A DNA stretch of 35,675 bases. Source: an uncultured Oscillospiraceae bacterium. GTDB lineage: Bacteria > Bacillota > Clostridia > Oscillospirales > Acutalibacteraceae. Below the pieces are notes generated by a model, which made no database searches, was not told the DNA's origin, and saw only the letters and a program-made list of their open reading frames with translations. Shown piece after piece: positions 17,157 to 26,053 of this stretch (position 1 is its first letter; each line of letters opens with the position of its first letter). The stretch lies in contig CABUYS010000001.1 of the NCBI GenBank assembly GCA_902495835.1, positions 1-35,675 of the forward strand, written 5' to 3'. Both the position numbers and the translations under genes were made by a program.

Positions 17157-18413
17157 GTGTCAAAACTAATTATTGAAGGTTCTAGGCGTTTAGGAGGAGA
17201 AATAAAAGTTCAGGGAGCGAAAAACAGTATCTTACCGATTTTGGCGGCAAGTATAATGTGTAAGGGCGAATGTGTAATAAAAAATTGTCCCGAAATTTCT
17301 GATGTTGAAGTCACAAGTAAAATTCTTACTTATCTCGGATGTGACGTTTCTTTTGAGGATGGAACATTTGTTGTAAATTCTTCCGGTATTTCCAAAAATG
17401 ACATACCGGATTTTTTGATGAGAGAAATGAGATCATCAATAATATTTTTGGGTTCTCTTCTCGGTGCTGTCGGAGAAGCAAAACTTTCTTTGCCCGGAGG
17501 ATGCGAATTAGGGCCTCGTCCCATTGATTTGCATTTGGATGGATTAAGACAAATGGGTTTGAGAATAAGAGAAAGTCACGGACGGTTGGAGTGCGATACA
17601 GGAAATGGTTTAACAGGATGCAACATAGCTTTGTCATTCCCGAGCGTCGGAGCTACGGAAAACATTATTCTTGCCGCAGCTACCGCAAGAGGTACAACTA
17701 TAATTACAAATACGGCCAAAGAACCTGAAATTATTGACCTTATAAACTTTTTAAACAAATGTGGAGCAAAAATAAAGTATTCCCATGATGGTACTATTGT
17801 AATTGAAGGTGTAAAAAATCTTCACGGAACAGAGCATAGCGTAATTCCCGACCGAATTGCGGCAGTAACATACATGGCAGCTGCAGCTTCAACAGCAAGC
17901 AGTCTTGTAATTCAAAACGTTATAGAGGATAATATAAGTTCAGTGATACCTGTTTTTGAAGAAGCTGGGTGTATAATAAGAAATATCGGTAAAAACACGA
18001 TAAAAATCGATTCTCCCGCAAGGCCTTACTTTAACAGGCTTATCAGAACAATGCCGTATCCGGGATTTCCTACAGATGCACAGGCTCCTGTTATGGCTAT
18101 GACAACGATTGCTGATGGAACAAGTGTTTTTGTTGAAAATATTTTTTCAAACAGATATAAACACGTCGGCGAACTTTTAAGGCTCGGAGCTGACATAAAA
18201 GTTGAAGATAAAGTAGCAGTTGTGGAAGGCGTTAAAAGACTTTCGGGAGCAAAAATAACAGCAACTGATTTACGCGGTGCTGCAGCTCTTATAGTAGCAG
18301 GACTCGGAGCAGAAGGAATTACCGAGATTTCAGGTCTTAAACACATAGACCGAGGATATGAAAAAATAGAAGAAAATTTATGCAGAATAGGCGCTTCGGT
18401 AAAAAGAGTATGA
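17157..18413 (+). CDS. murA: UDP-N-acetylglucosamine 1-carboxyvinyltransferase (MurA, MurAB/MurZ-like paralogue)
   Basis: 418 aa, with a GTG start after GAGAGGTGA. The nearby ATG at 17153 is out of frame and stops after 7 codons. The catalytic loop LPGGCELGPRPIDLHL has Cys at codon 116 (TGC 17502-04). SFPSVGATEN and DNISSVIPVFEE resemble the MurAB type. Confidence 0.92.
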   Translation: MSKLIIEGSRRLGGEIKVQGAKNSILPILAASIMCKGECVIKNCPEISDVEVTSKILTYLGCDVSFEDGTFVVNSSGISKNDIPDFLMREMRSSIIFLGSLLGAVGEAKLSLPGGCELGPRPIDLHLDGLRQMGLRIRESHGRLECDTGNGLTGCNIALSFPSVGATENIILAAATARGTTIITNTAKEPEIIDLINFLNKCGAKIKYSHDGTIVIEGVKNLHGTEHSVIPDRIAAVTYMAAAASTASSLVIQNVIEDNISSVIPVFEEAGCIIRNIGKNTIKIDSPARPYFNRLIRTMPYPGFPTDAQAPVMAMTTIADGTSVFVENIFSNRYKHVGELLRLGADIKVEDKVAVVEGVKRLSGAKITATDLRGAAALIVAGLGAEGITEISGLKHIDRGYEKIEENLCRIGASVKRV

Positions 18414-18425
18414 GGTGAAATTTTT

Positions 18426-19238
18426 TTGAATAAAAAAATAAAAGAAAAAAGAAGTAAAAAAATTTTAAATAAGCGAAGAAAAAAGCTTAAAAGAGTCAAA
18501 GCGATGAAGCTTTGGATAAGAAGATTTAATCTTATTTTTTTGTGCCTCTTCGTTTTGTCTTTTTTTTGTTTTGTGATTTATTTTGTTCTTTCCAAATTTT
18601 TGATTGTAAAAAATATTTCGGTAAAAGGAAGTAATTTGTACAGCGATTCTGAAATAATAAATTCAAGCGGAATAAAAGTAAATGACAGTATTTTATTTTT
18701 AAATACGACGCAGTCAGAAAAAAATATATTTTGCAGTCTTGCATATGCGGAAAAAATAAGGATAAAAAAGCAGATACCAAATAAAATAGAAATCTCCGTT
18801 GAAGACGCAGAACCGTTGTATCTTACCGAAATAGAAGGGCAATACGTTACCGTAAGTAAAAACGGAAAACTTCTTGAAAAACGCAGTGAGATTTCACCTG
18901 AAATCGTTTGCGTAATCAGTGAAGATATTTTTATTGACGAAGATAAAAAAATAGGATACAAAAATTCCGATACGGAAAAATTAATACCTGAAATTATTGA
19001 AGCGTTTAAAAATAAAGGACTTAATCTTATAAAGCAGATAAATTTATCAGATAAAGATAACATTACCGTAAACTATGACGAAAGAATAAGTATTTTACTG
19101 GGCTGCTCTGATGATATTGATTATAAAGTTTTGACTGCCAAAGAAATAATATCAAATAAAATAGGTGTAAACGAAAAAGGCGTTTTGGATTTGAAAAATC
19201 TCAAACAGGAAAATCGTTCGTATTTCTACGAAAATTAA
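18426..19238 (+). CDS. ftsQ: Cell division protein FtsQ/DivIB (POTRA domain)
   Basis: 270 aa. It has a basic N-terminal tail, one TM helix (LIFLCLFVLSFFCFVIYFVL), then a POTRA-like region IVKNISVKGSNLYSDSEIINSSGIKVNDSILFLN. It begins 12 nt after murA. The start is either TTG 18426 or ATG 18504. Confidence 0.8.
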   Translation: MNKKIKEKRSKKILNKRRKKLKRVKAMKLWIRRFNLIFLCLFVLSFFCFVIYFVLSKFLIVKNISVKGSNLYSDSEIINSSGIKVNDSILFLNTTQSEKNIFCSLAYAEKIRIKKQIPNKIEISVEDAEPLYLTEIEGQYVTVSKNGKLLEKRSEISPEIVCVISEDIFIDEDKKIGYKNSDTEKLIPEIIEAFKNKGLNLIKQINLSDKDNITVNYDERISILLGCSDDIDYKVLTAKEIISNKIGVNEKGVLDLKNLKQENRSYFYEN

Positions 19239-19381
19239 GCAAAATTTTTTAGGAATAAAATTGAATCAAATATTTATTTTTTACATAATTTGTGATTTAA
19301 TATTATATATAAAACGGTATAGAAGGGGAAATTAAAATTTTTGGTTTAGACGAAAAAATTTCGGACTATTCTTCAAAAGCC

Positions 19382-20581
19382 ATGAATATGTGCGAAGAAA
19401 GGTTTAAAGAAATAGAAAAAATAAAGGAGTATAATCAGCAAAAAGTTTTAAAATCTTTTATTGAGTGCGAGATAAGTGAAAGTCATTTTAACGGTACTAC
19501 GGGCTATGGATATAATGACCGCGGACGAGAAAAATTAGAAGAACTTTTTTCAAATATTTTTAAAACCGAAGATGCTCTTGTAAGGCATAATTTTGTGAGC
19601 GGAACGCATACATTAACAACTGCATTGTTTGGGATACTAAGACCTGGTGACAGCTTTCTAAGCGTTACGGGAAAGCCTTATGATACGCTTGAAGATGTAA
19701 TTGGCTCTTTAGATAAAAATCAGGGTTCGCTTTACAATTTTGGAATAAATTTTGAATATGTCGACTTTGAAAAAGATAAAGAAAAGTATTTTAACAGCAT
19801 TAAAGCTAAGCTTTCGGAAAAAATTTTCAAAATGGTTTATATACAGCGTTCGAGAGGATACTCGTTAAGGGACTCTCTTAGTGTTTCGCAAATTAAAGAT
19901 ATAGTTTTGCTTGTAAAAAACATAAATCCGGAAATAATTGTTATGGTTGACAATTGTTACGGAGAATTTGTTGAAAAGCAAGAGCCTTCCGAAGTTGAAG
20001 CGGATTTAATTGCCGGTTCTCTTATTAAGAATCCCGGAGGAGCAATATCGCCCACAGGAGGGTATATTGCCGGAAGAAAAGATTTGATAGATTTGTGTTC
20101 TTATCGTTTGACAGCCCCCGGAATAGGAAAAGAAGTGGGTGCAACTTTAGGAACAAACCGAGAGCTTTTCATGGGTATCTTTAATGCTCCGAATGTTGTC
20201 GCAGAGTCTCTTAAAACCGCAGTTTTTGCTTCAGCATTATTTGAAATTTTGGGGTATGAGGTTTATCCGAAGTTTAACGAAAATCGTTGTGATATTGTTC
20301 AATCGATAGTTCTTAAAAGCCCTCAAAATCTTATAAATTTTTGCAAAGGTATTCAAGAAGGTTCGCCTATTGATTCTTTTGTTTCTCCCGAACCGTGGGA
20401 AATGCCCGGATATGAAAGCAAAGTAATTATGGCTGCGGGTACTTTTATTTCAGGTTCTTCCATAGAGCTTTCTGCCGACGGTCCTTTACGCGAACCGTAT
20501 ACTGTTTGGCTTCAGGGAGGAACAAATTTCTACGCTTCAAAGATAGGAATTATGAAAGCTGCTCAAAGAATACTGTACTAA
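19382..20581 (+). CDS. Methionine gamma-lyase family / aluminium-resistance (YnbB-like) PLP-dependent protein
   Basis: The sequence contains SESHFNGTTGYGYND and GSLIKNPGGAISPTGGYIAG (candidate PLP lysine), typical of the PF06838-type family. The ATG at 19382 has no SD. The frame is open back to 19313, and an SD-preceded ATT at 19337 may be the real start (see findings). Confidence 0.85.
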   Translation: MNMCEERFKEIEKIKEYNQQKVLKSFIECEISESHFNGTTGYGYNDRGREKLEELFSNIFKTEDALVRHNFVSGTHTLTTALFGILRPGDSFLSVTGKPYDTLEDVIGSLDKNQGSLYNFGINFEYVDFEKDKEKYFNSIKAKLSEKIFKMVYIQRSRGYSLRDSLSVSQIKDIVLLVKNINPEIIVMVDNCYGEFVEKQEPSEVEADLIAGSLIKNPGGAISPTGGYIAGRKDLIDLCSYRLTAPGIGKEVGATLGTNRELFMGIFNAPNVVAESLKTAVFASALFEILGYEVYPKFNENRCDIVQSIVLKSPQNLINFCKGIQEGSPIDSFVSPEPWEMPGYESKVIMAAGTFISGSSIELSADGPLREPYTVWLQGGTNFYASKIGIMKAAQRILY

Positions 20582-20644
20582 TTGTGATTCGTATCATCAT
20601 ACACATTAAAATAAGTGAAAATTTTGTGAATAGGAGTTATGTGT

Positions 20645-20938
20645 ATGATAAAAGAAGAATGCACGAAATCATCATCAAAAATGCCTCATTGTCTTAATCT
20701 TGATAACAGAAAAAAGCTTTCCATAAGCGGTGTTTCCGAAGTGGACAGTTATGATGACAGATCTGTTATTCTTTATACGGATATGGGGGAACTGACTGTC
20801 AAAGGTGAAAATTTGAACATAAAGAAACTTAACCTTGAAATTGGAGAACTTGAAATTACAGGGAGAATTTCTTCGCTTAACTACGTAGATAAAAATTTTG
20901 ATTCATGCGGCGGATTTTTCTCAAAAATTTTTAAGTAA
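20645..20938 (+). CDS. yabP: Sporulation protein YabP
   Basis: The sequence LNLDNRKKLSISGVSEVDSYDDRSVILYTDMGELTVKGENLNIKKLNLEIGELEITGRISSLNY fits the YabP pattern. The ATG at 20645 lies 8 nt after AGGAG (20632-36). The ORF-track ATG at 20639 is only 2 nt after it. Confidence 0.88.
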   Translation: MIKEECTKSSSKMPHCLNLDNRKKLSISGVSEVDSYDDRSVILYTDMGELTVKGENLNIKKLNLEIGELEITGRISSLNYVDKNFDSCGGFFSKIFK

Positions 20939-20958
20939 AAAGTAAAGGTGAAAGTTTT

Positions 20959-21336
20959 ATGAATGATGTTCTTGTTTCGCAGGTTTTGATTTTTTTCTAT
21001 TCATGTTTGCTTGGTATGGGACTTGGTGTGCTTTATGATTTGTTCAGAATATTTCGCATGATGATAAATCCGCACTATATCGGCATATTTATACAGGATG
21101 TGGTTTATTTTATAATAAGCGGAATAGTGACCTTTTTGTTTGTTTTGGGACTTAATAGAGGAGAGGCAAGGTTTTATATTTTGGCAGGAGAAGGTTTGGG
21201 GTGGATAGGCTATCATTTAACCATAGGAGAAATCATTTACAGGAGTTCCGAAAAAATAGTATTGTATTTTAATAAAATAATAAGTAATTTTGTTAATAAA
21301 ATAAAAATTAAGATAAAATCCAAAGACAATAATTGA
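20959..21336 (+). CDS. yabQ: Spore cortex biosynthesis protein YabQ
   Basis: 125 aa membrane protein. Motifs GLGVLYDLFRIFR, LNRGEARFYILAGEGLGWIGY match the YabQ family pattern. It directly follows yabP, as in B. subtilis. Confidence 0.85.
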   Translation: MNDVLVSQVLIFFYSCLLGMGLGVLYDLFRIFRMMINPHYIGIFIQDVVYFIISGIVTFLFVLGLNRGEARFYILAGEGLGWIGYHLTIGEIIYRSSEKIVLYFNKIISNFVNKIKIKIKSKDNN

Positions 21337-21361
21337 CATTTTTCATGTTGTAACATATAAT
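21333..21361 (+). promoter_or_regulatory. Consensus sigma-A promoter for divIC-yabR, overlapping the yabQ stop codon
   Basis: TTGACA (21333-21338, containing the yabQ TGA), a 17 nt spacer, then TATAAT (21356-21361). Confidence 0.6.
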
Positions 21362-21419
21362 AATTTTATGATTTGAACATAAAATTCGAAAAATTTATGT
21401 TCCGTAGTTAAAATCACGG

Positions 21420-21725
21420 ATGTTAAAAATTTTTGTTGTAAAAGGGAACGAATATGTGAAGATGAAATTTACTGTAAGAAAAGGCAAAAAAACGGTATTT
21501 AAACTTTTGCTTGCGTTTGTTGTTGCGTATTTGGTGTTTTTGTTTATCAATCAGCAGGTAAAAATAAAAATCAAAAGCGATGAATTGGACAGACTTAATC
21601 AGCAAATTGTTGCTGAAAAAGATAAAACTCATAATATAAAAAATAAGATAAAAGATGCTGTTGAACTTGAAAATTCCGAAGTTGGTAAACCCAGCAAAAG
21701 GGTTTTTGAAAACGTTGCCGAATAA
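21420..21725 (+). CDS. divIC: Septum formation initiator family protein (DivIC/FtsB-like)
   Basis: It has a basic N-terminus, one TM helix (FKLLLAFVVAYLVFLFI), then a coiled coil (DELDRLNQQIVAEKDKTHNIKNKIKD). It lies between yabQ and the S1-domain gene, as in the B. subtilis yabP-yabQ-divIC-yabR arrangement. The start is uncertain: GTG 21456 or ATG 21462 sit closer to AAGGGAA (21442-48) than ATG 21420 does. Confidence 0.75.
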   Translation: MLKIFVVKGNEYVKMKFTVRKGKKTVFKLLLAFVVAYLVFLFINQQVKIKIKSDELDRLNQQIVAEKDKTHNIKNKIKDAVELENSEVGKPSKRVFENVAE

Positions 21726-21767
21726 TAAATTAAAATATTTAAATTTTAGGGAGGAATCATATTTTTT

Positions 21768-22229
21768 ATGGGATTTCAAATAGGGGATATAGTTGAAGGT
21801 AAAGTGACCGGAATTACTAAATTTGGGGCTTTTGTAGAGATTGAAGAAAATGTTGTTGGATTGGTTCACATTTCCGAGGTGTCCAATATTTTTGTAACAG
21901 AAGTAGGAAATTTCGTGCAGATAGGACAAACTGTTAAGGTCAAAGTTTTGAGAAAAAATGATAACGGTAAAATAGAACTTTCTATGAAGCAAGCTGTGCC
22001 TAATTCTCAAGCAGAAACACCGAATCGTTCTAGCAGAGATTTTGCTTCAAGAAAAGGATCGTTTGGAGGTTATAATAAAAATTCTTCTTCTGATAGTAAA
22101 TCTAATTCTAATAAATTCGAAGAGATGATGTCCAGTTTTATGAAAAAGAGCGGTGAGAAATTAGCCGGTATTGAACGAGTGACAAGGTCAACAAAGCGTA
22201 GCAATTCCGCACGCAGAGGCAATATTTAA
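21768..22229 (+). CDS. yabR: S1 RNA-binding domain protein (YabR-like)
   Basis: The S1 domain is GDIVEGKVTGITKFGAFVEIEENVVGLVHISEVS...VKVKVLRKNDNGKIELSMKQ, followed by a Ser/Arg-rich tail. The SD GGGAGG is upstream. Confidence 0.88.
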   Translation: MGFQIGDIVEGKVTGITKFGAFVEIEENVVGLVHISEVSNIFVTEVGNFVQIGQTVKVKVLRKNDNGKIELSMKQAVPNSQAETPNRSSRDFASRKGSFGGYNKNSSSDSKSNSNKFEEMMSSFMKKSGEKLAGIERVTRSTKRSNSARRGNI

Positions 22230-22249
22230 TATTTTTATTTACAGTGTAT

Positions 22250-22297
22250 CAGAGTCACGGTCTTGCATAATTGCATTACCATGACTTTGTGTTTTTG
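22250..22297 (+). terminator. Rho-independent terminator after yabR
   Basis: CAGAGTCACGGT (22250-61) pairs with ACCATGACTTTG (22278-89): 12 positions with one C.A mismatch and one G.U pair. The loop carries a small TGCA-TAAT-TGCA sub-palindrome. The stem is followed by TGTTTTTG. Confidence 0.6.
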
Positions 22298-22328
22298 CGT
22301 TAAAATATGACTTTAAATTGTTAAACCC

Positions 22329-22357
22329 TTGTAATTGATTTGCATTTAATATAAAAT
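22329..22357 (+). promoter_or_regulatory. Possible promoter for the dapF-to-thrS gene array
   Basis: TTGTAA (22329-34), a 17 nt spacer, then TAAAAT (22352-57), about 35 nt upstream of the dapF ATG at 22393. Both hexamers are imperfect. Confidence 0.35.
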
Positions 22358-22392
22358 AAAGTCTTATGGATAAGAAATCTCGGGAGGCCGTT

Positions 22393-23235
22393 ATGAAAAT
22401 TAAATTTACCAAAATGCATGGGTGCGGAAACGATTATGTTTATATAGATTGTTTCGACCGCGTAATTGATAATCCACAAAAATTAAGTATGATTTTGTCA
22501 GACAGACGCTACGGGATAGGAGGAGACGGAATAATTTTGATTTGTGCATCAGATAAAGCTGATGCCAAAATGAGAATTTTCAATAAAGACGGAAGCGAAG
22601 GAAAAATGTGCGGTAACGGTATACGGTGCGTCGCAAAATATCTTTGGGATTCCGGAAAAGTAAAAAGTAAAGAAAACATAAAAATAGAAACTTTGAGCGG
22701 AGTAAAAACTTTGGAAATACTTAGCGATTCGGGAAATGAATCCGTTATAAAAGTTGATATGGGAAAAGCTGATTTAAATTCAAATAATATTCCCATGATT
22801 TTTGAAAAAGAAAAAGTTATTAATGAGCCTATTACTGTGAACACGGAGAATTACAATATCACATGTGTATCTATGGGAAATCCTCATTGCGTTATATTTT
22901 GCGATGAAGTTTATTCCGCAAAAGTAAAGGAAATTGGTTCTAAACTTTCTTCTCATCGAATTTTTCCCGAAGGCGTTAATGTGGAATTCGTAAGTGAATC
23001 AGATTCAAATAATTTGATAATGAGAGTATGGGAACGTGGAAGCGGAGAAACTCTTGCCTGCGGGAGCGGAGCGTGTGCCAGTGTCGTTGCGGCAGCAGAA
23101 AATGGTCTTTGCAAAAAAGGCGAGGATATAACTGTTCACTTGCGTGGCGGAAAATTAGTTGTTAATTATTCAGACAGCGGAGTTTTTTTAACAGGAAATG
23201 CAGTAAAAGTTTTTGAAGGAGAAATTGAAGTATGA
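22393..23235 (+). CDS. dapF: Diaminopimelate epimerase DapF
   Basis: The N-terminus is [13 protein letters not shown]. The two catalytic Cys motifs are MCGNGIRC and ACGSGACA. The ATG at 22393 lies 5 nt after GGGAGG (22382-87). The ORF-track start at 22366 is probably too long. Confidence 0.92.
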   Translation: MKIKFTKMHGCGNDYVYIDCFDRVIDNPQKLSMILSDRRYGIGGDGIILICASDKADAKMRIFNKDGSEGKMCGNGIRCVAKYLWDSGKVKSKENIKIETLSGVKTLEILSDSGNESVIKVDMGKADLNSNNIPMIFEKEKVINEPITVNTENYNITCVSMGNPHCVIFCDEVYSAKVKEIGSKLSSHRIFPEGVNVEFVSESDSNNLIMRVWERGSGETLACGSGACASVVAAAENGLCKKGEDITVHLRGGKLVVNYSDSGVFLTGNAVKVFEGEIEV

Positions 23236-24824
23236 CAAAGTATATTTTCGTAACAGGCGGAGTAGTTTCAGGATTAGGAAAAGGAATAACAGCGGCATCT
23301 TTGGGAAGATTGTTGAAATCAAGAGGACTTAAAGTCATGGCTCAAAAACTAGATCCATATATAAATGTGGATCCGGGTACGATGAGTCCTTATCAGCACG
23401 GAGAAGTTTTCGTAACGGAAGACGGAGCAGAAACCGATTTGGATTTGGGGCACTATGAGAGATTTATTGATGAAAATTTGAATAAATATTCCAATCTTAC
23501 AACAGGAAAAGTGTATTGGAACGTTCTTCAAAAAGAAAGAAACGGCGAATATTTAGGAGAAACAATACAAGTAATTCCTCATATCACCAATGAAATAAAA
23601 AAATTCATATATTCAGTCGGAAAAACTTCTAAAGCCGATGTTGTAATTACAGAAATAGGCGGAACAACCGGAGATATAGAAAGTCAGCCGTTTTTGGAAG
23701 CCATAAGACAAGTTTCTTTGGAAGCAGGTAAGGAAAATTGCATATTTATACATGTAACATTGATTCCTTACATAAGCAGTTCGGGAGAATATAAATCCAA
23801 ACCCACTCAGCATTCTGTAAAAGAGCTTCGTTCTCTTGGAATAAATCCCGACATAATAGTAACTCGTTGTGATGAGCCTATCGGAGAAGATATCAGAGAA
23901 AAAATCTCTCTTTTCTGCAATGTAAAACCGGATTGCGTAATTGAAAATACTACAGTAAGTTCTTTGTATCACGCACCTTCAATGCTTGAAAAAAGTAATT
24001 TTTCCGATATAGTTTGCCGTGAACTTCATATAGATTGTCCTCCGTGTGATTTGACTGAATGGAATAAGATGTTAGAGAGAATAGACAATCGTTCCAAAAA
24101 TGCCAAAATTGCTTTGGTAGGAAAATATGTAAAACTTCATGATGCATATCTCTCCGTTGCGGAAGCTCTTAATCACGCCGGATTTGAAACAGGAACAAAT
24201 ATTGAAATAAAATGGGTAGATTCGGAATTGATAACAGAATATACTGTCGACGAATTTTTGAAAGACTGCGACGGAATTTTGGTACCGGGAGGATTTGGCG
24301 GAAGAGGAATTGAAGGAAAATTAACTGCTGCCAAATATGCACGTGAAAAGAATATTCCTTATCTTGGAATATGCCTCGGAATGCAGTCTGCAGCTATAGA
24401 ATTTGCAAGAGACGTCCTTAAACTTGAAGATGCCAATTCCGAAGAGTTTGATCCTCAAAGCAAAAATCCCGTTATTCACTTGATGAAAGAACAGAAAAAT
24501 CAGGTTCAAAAAGGTGGAACTATGCGTTTGGGAGCATATCCATGCCACGTAAAAGAAAATTCTTTGATGTATAAGAGTTATGGAAAATCAGAAGTTTCCG
24601 AACGTCATCGTCACAGATATGAATTCAATAACGAGTATAGAAAATTATTTGAAGATAACGGAATGAAAATTACAGGGCTTTCACCTAACGGAGTTTTGGT
24701 AGAAGCTATAGAACTCGAAGGTCATAAATTTTTTGTCGGTGTACAATATCATCCAGAATTTAAGAGCAGACCAAATTATGCTCACCCACTTTTCAGAGAG
24801 TTTGTCAGAGCTGCCAGCCACTAA
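23232..24824 (+). CDS. pyrG: CTP synthase PyrG
   Basis: 530 aa. Motifs are [16 protein letters not shown], the glutamine amidotransferase nucleophile GICLGMQ, and YHPEF. The start overlaps the dapF stop (ATGA at 23232-35). Confidence 0.95.
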   Translation: MTKYIFVTGGVVSGLGKGITAASLGRLLKSRGLKVMAQKLDPYINVDPGTMSPYQHGEVFVTEDGAETDLDLGHYERFIDENLNKYSNLTTGKVYWNVLQKERNGEYLGETIQVIPHITNEIKKFIYSVGKTSKADVVITEIGGTTGDIESQPFLEAIRQVSLEAGKENCIFIHVTLIPYISSSGEYKSKPTQHSVKELRSLGINPDIIVTRCDEPIGEDIREKISLFCNVKPDCVIENTTVSSLYHAPSMLEKSNFSDIVCRELHIDCPPCDLTEWNKMLERIDNRSKNAKIALVGKYVKLHDAYLSVAEALNHAGFETGTNIEIKWVDSELITEYTVDEFLKDCDGILVPGGFGGRGIEGKLTAAKYAREKNIPYLGICLGMQSAAIEFARDVLKLEDANSEEFDPQSKNPVIHLMKEQKNQVQKGGTMRLGAYPCHVKENSLMYKSYGKSEVSERHRHRYEFNNEYRKLFEDNGMKITGLSPNGVLVEAIELEGHKFFVGVQYHPEFKSRPNYAHPLFREFVRAASH

Positions 24825-24848
24825 ATTACGGTAAAAGGAATTTGATTT

Positions 24849-26033
24849 ATGATAGAATTCAATAGTAATTTTAACAATTTGCAAAAAAATTATCTCTTTG
24901 TGGAAATCGAAAGAAGATTAAAAGAGTATAAAAAAAACAATCCTGATTCGGATGTTATAAAATTGGGAATAGGGGATGTTACTCGTCCTCTATGCCCAAG
25001 TGTTATAAAAGCTATGCACGAAGCTGTAGATGAAATGGGTTCTTTTGATAAATTCAAAGGATATGGCCCGCACGAAGGATATGATTTTTTAAGAAAAGCA
25101 ATAGCTGATAATTATAAAAAATACGGAGTAAATATAAACTTCGACGAAGTGTACGTTTCTGACGGTGCAAAAAGTGATTCTTCTTGTATACAAGAAATAT
25201 TTTCTCCCGAAGGATATGCTTTGATTCCGGACCCTTCGTATCCTGTTTATGTTGATTCAAATATAATGTTTGGAAGGAAAATTCACTATATTAATGCTAC
25301 TCAGGAAAACGGATTTTTGCCTTTGCCCGATGAGTCATTTTCTGCGGATTTGATATATATATGTTCGCCAAATAATCCTACAGGAGCAACTTACACAAAA
25401 GAGCAGTTAAAAAAATGGGTTGATTATGCTTTAGATAATAAGGCAATAATATTATTTGACGCAGCTTATGAATCCTTTATTGAAGATGACGACCTTCCAC
25501 ACAGTATTTTTGAAATCGAAGGAGCACGTAAGTGTGCCATAGAGATGTGTTCGTTTTCTAAAAACGCAGGCTTCACAGGAGTTAGATGTGCTTACTGCGT
25601 AATTCCTTCAGATTTAAAAATTGGCGGAACAAAAGTAGGAGATGTATGGTCAAGGAGACAATCTTCAAAATTTAACGGAGTTTCATACATTACTCAAAAA
25701 GCAGCTTTGGCAGTATTTTCCGAAGAAGCTCAGAAAGAAATAGCTCAATCTTTGTCATATTACAAGAGAAATGCAAAGTTAATTTCAGATACTTTAAATT
25801 CTATGAATATATGGCATATAGGCGGCAAAAACTCACCTTATATATGGTTGAAATGTCCTCGTAATATGACTTCTTGGGAATTTTTTGATTACTTGCTGAA
25901 AAACGCAAATGTAGTAGGTACACCCGGTTCGGGATTTGGATTAAACGGAGAAGGATTTTTCCGAATTTCGTCATTTGGAAGTTATGAACGGACGCAACAG
26001 GCGACAGAAAGAATAAAATCACTTGAAATTTAA
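24849..26033 (+). CDS. dapL: LL-diaminopimelate aminotransferase (DapL type)
   Basis: 394 aa. [11 protein letters not shown]...[12 protein letters not shown] is the DapL N-terminal pattern. It also has SPNNPTG and the PLP lysine motif [15 protein letters not shown]. Confidence 0.85.
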   Translation: MIEFNSNFNNLQKNYLFVEIERRLKEYKKNNPDSDVIKLGIGDVTRPLCPSVIKAMHEAVDEMGSFDKFKGYGPHEGYDFLRKAIADNYKKYGVNINFDEVYVSDGAKSDSSCIQEIFSPEGYALIPDPSYPVYVDSNIMFGRKIHYINATQENGFLPLPDESFSADLIYICSPNNPTGATYTKEQLKKWVDYALDNKAIILFDAAYESFIEDDDLPHSIFEIEGARKCAIEMCSFSKNAGFTGVRCAYCVIPSDLKIGGTKVGDVWSRRQSSKFNGVSYITQKAALAVFSEEAQKEIAQSLSYYKRNAKLISDTLNSMNIWHIGGKNSPYIWLKCPRNMTSWEFFDYLLKNANVVGTPGSGFGLNGEGFFRISSFGSYERTQQATERIKSLEI

Positions 26034-26053
26034 ATAAAATCAGGAGGAAAATT

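Noticed and set aside
17326-18499. Minus-strand ORFs lie inside murA2 (17326-17637, 17330-17524, 17576-17758, 18026-18499).
   Set aside because: They are antisense shadows of a well-supported MurA gene, with no SD and no motifs. Long antisense ORFs are expected opposite a gene with few stop-complement codons.
21423-22010. A 195 aa minus-strand ORF spans divIC and yabR.
   Set aside because: It crosses an intergenic region with a clear SD for the plus-strand gene. Its translation is F/N/K/I/Y-rich junk, and the plus-strand genes have conserved family motifs and synteny.
22230-22392. A possible lysine (L-box) riboswitch or other leader RNA upstream of dapF.
   Set aside because: The spacer is about 160 nt. 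About 50 nt of it is the yabR terminator and about 30 nt is a putative promoter, which leaves far too little for a ~180 nt L-box. I could not see the conserved L-box helices.
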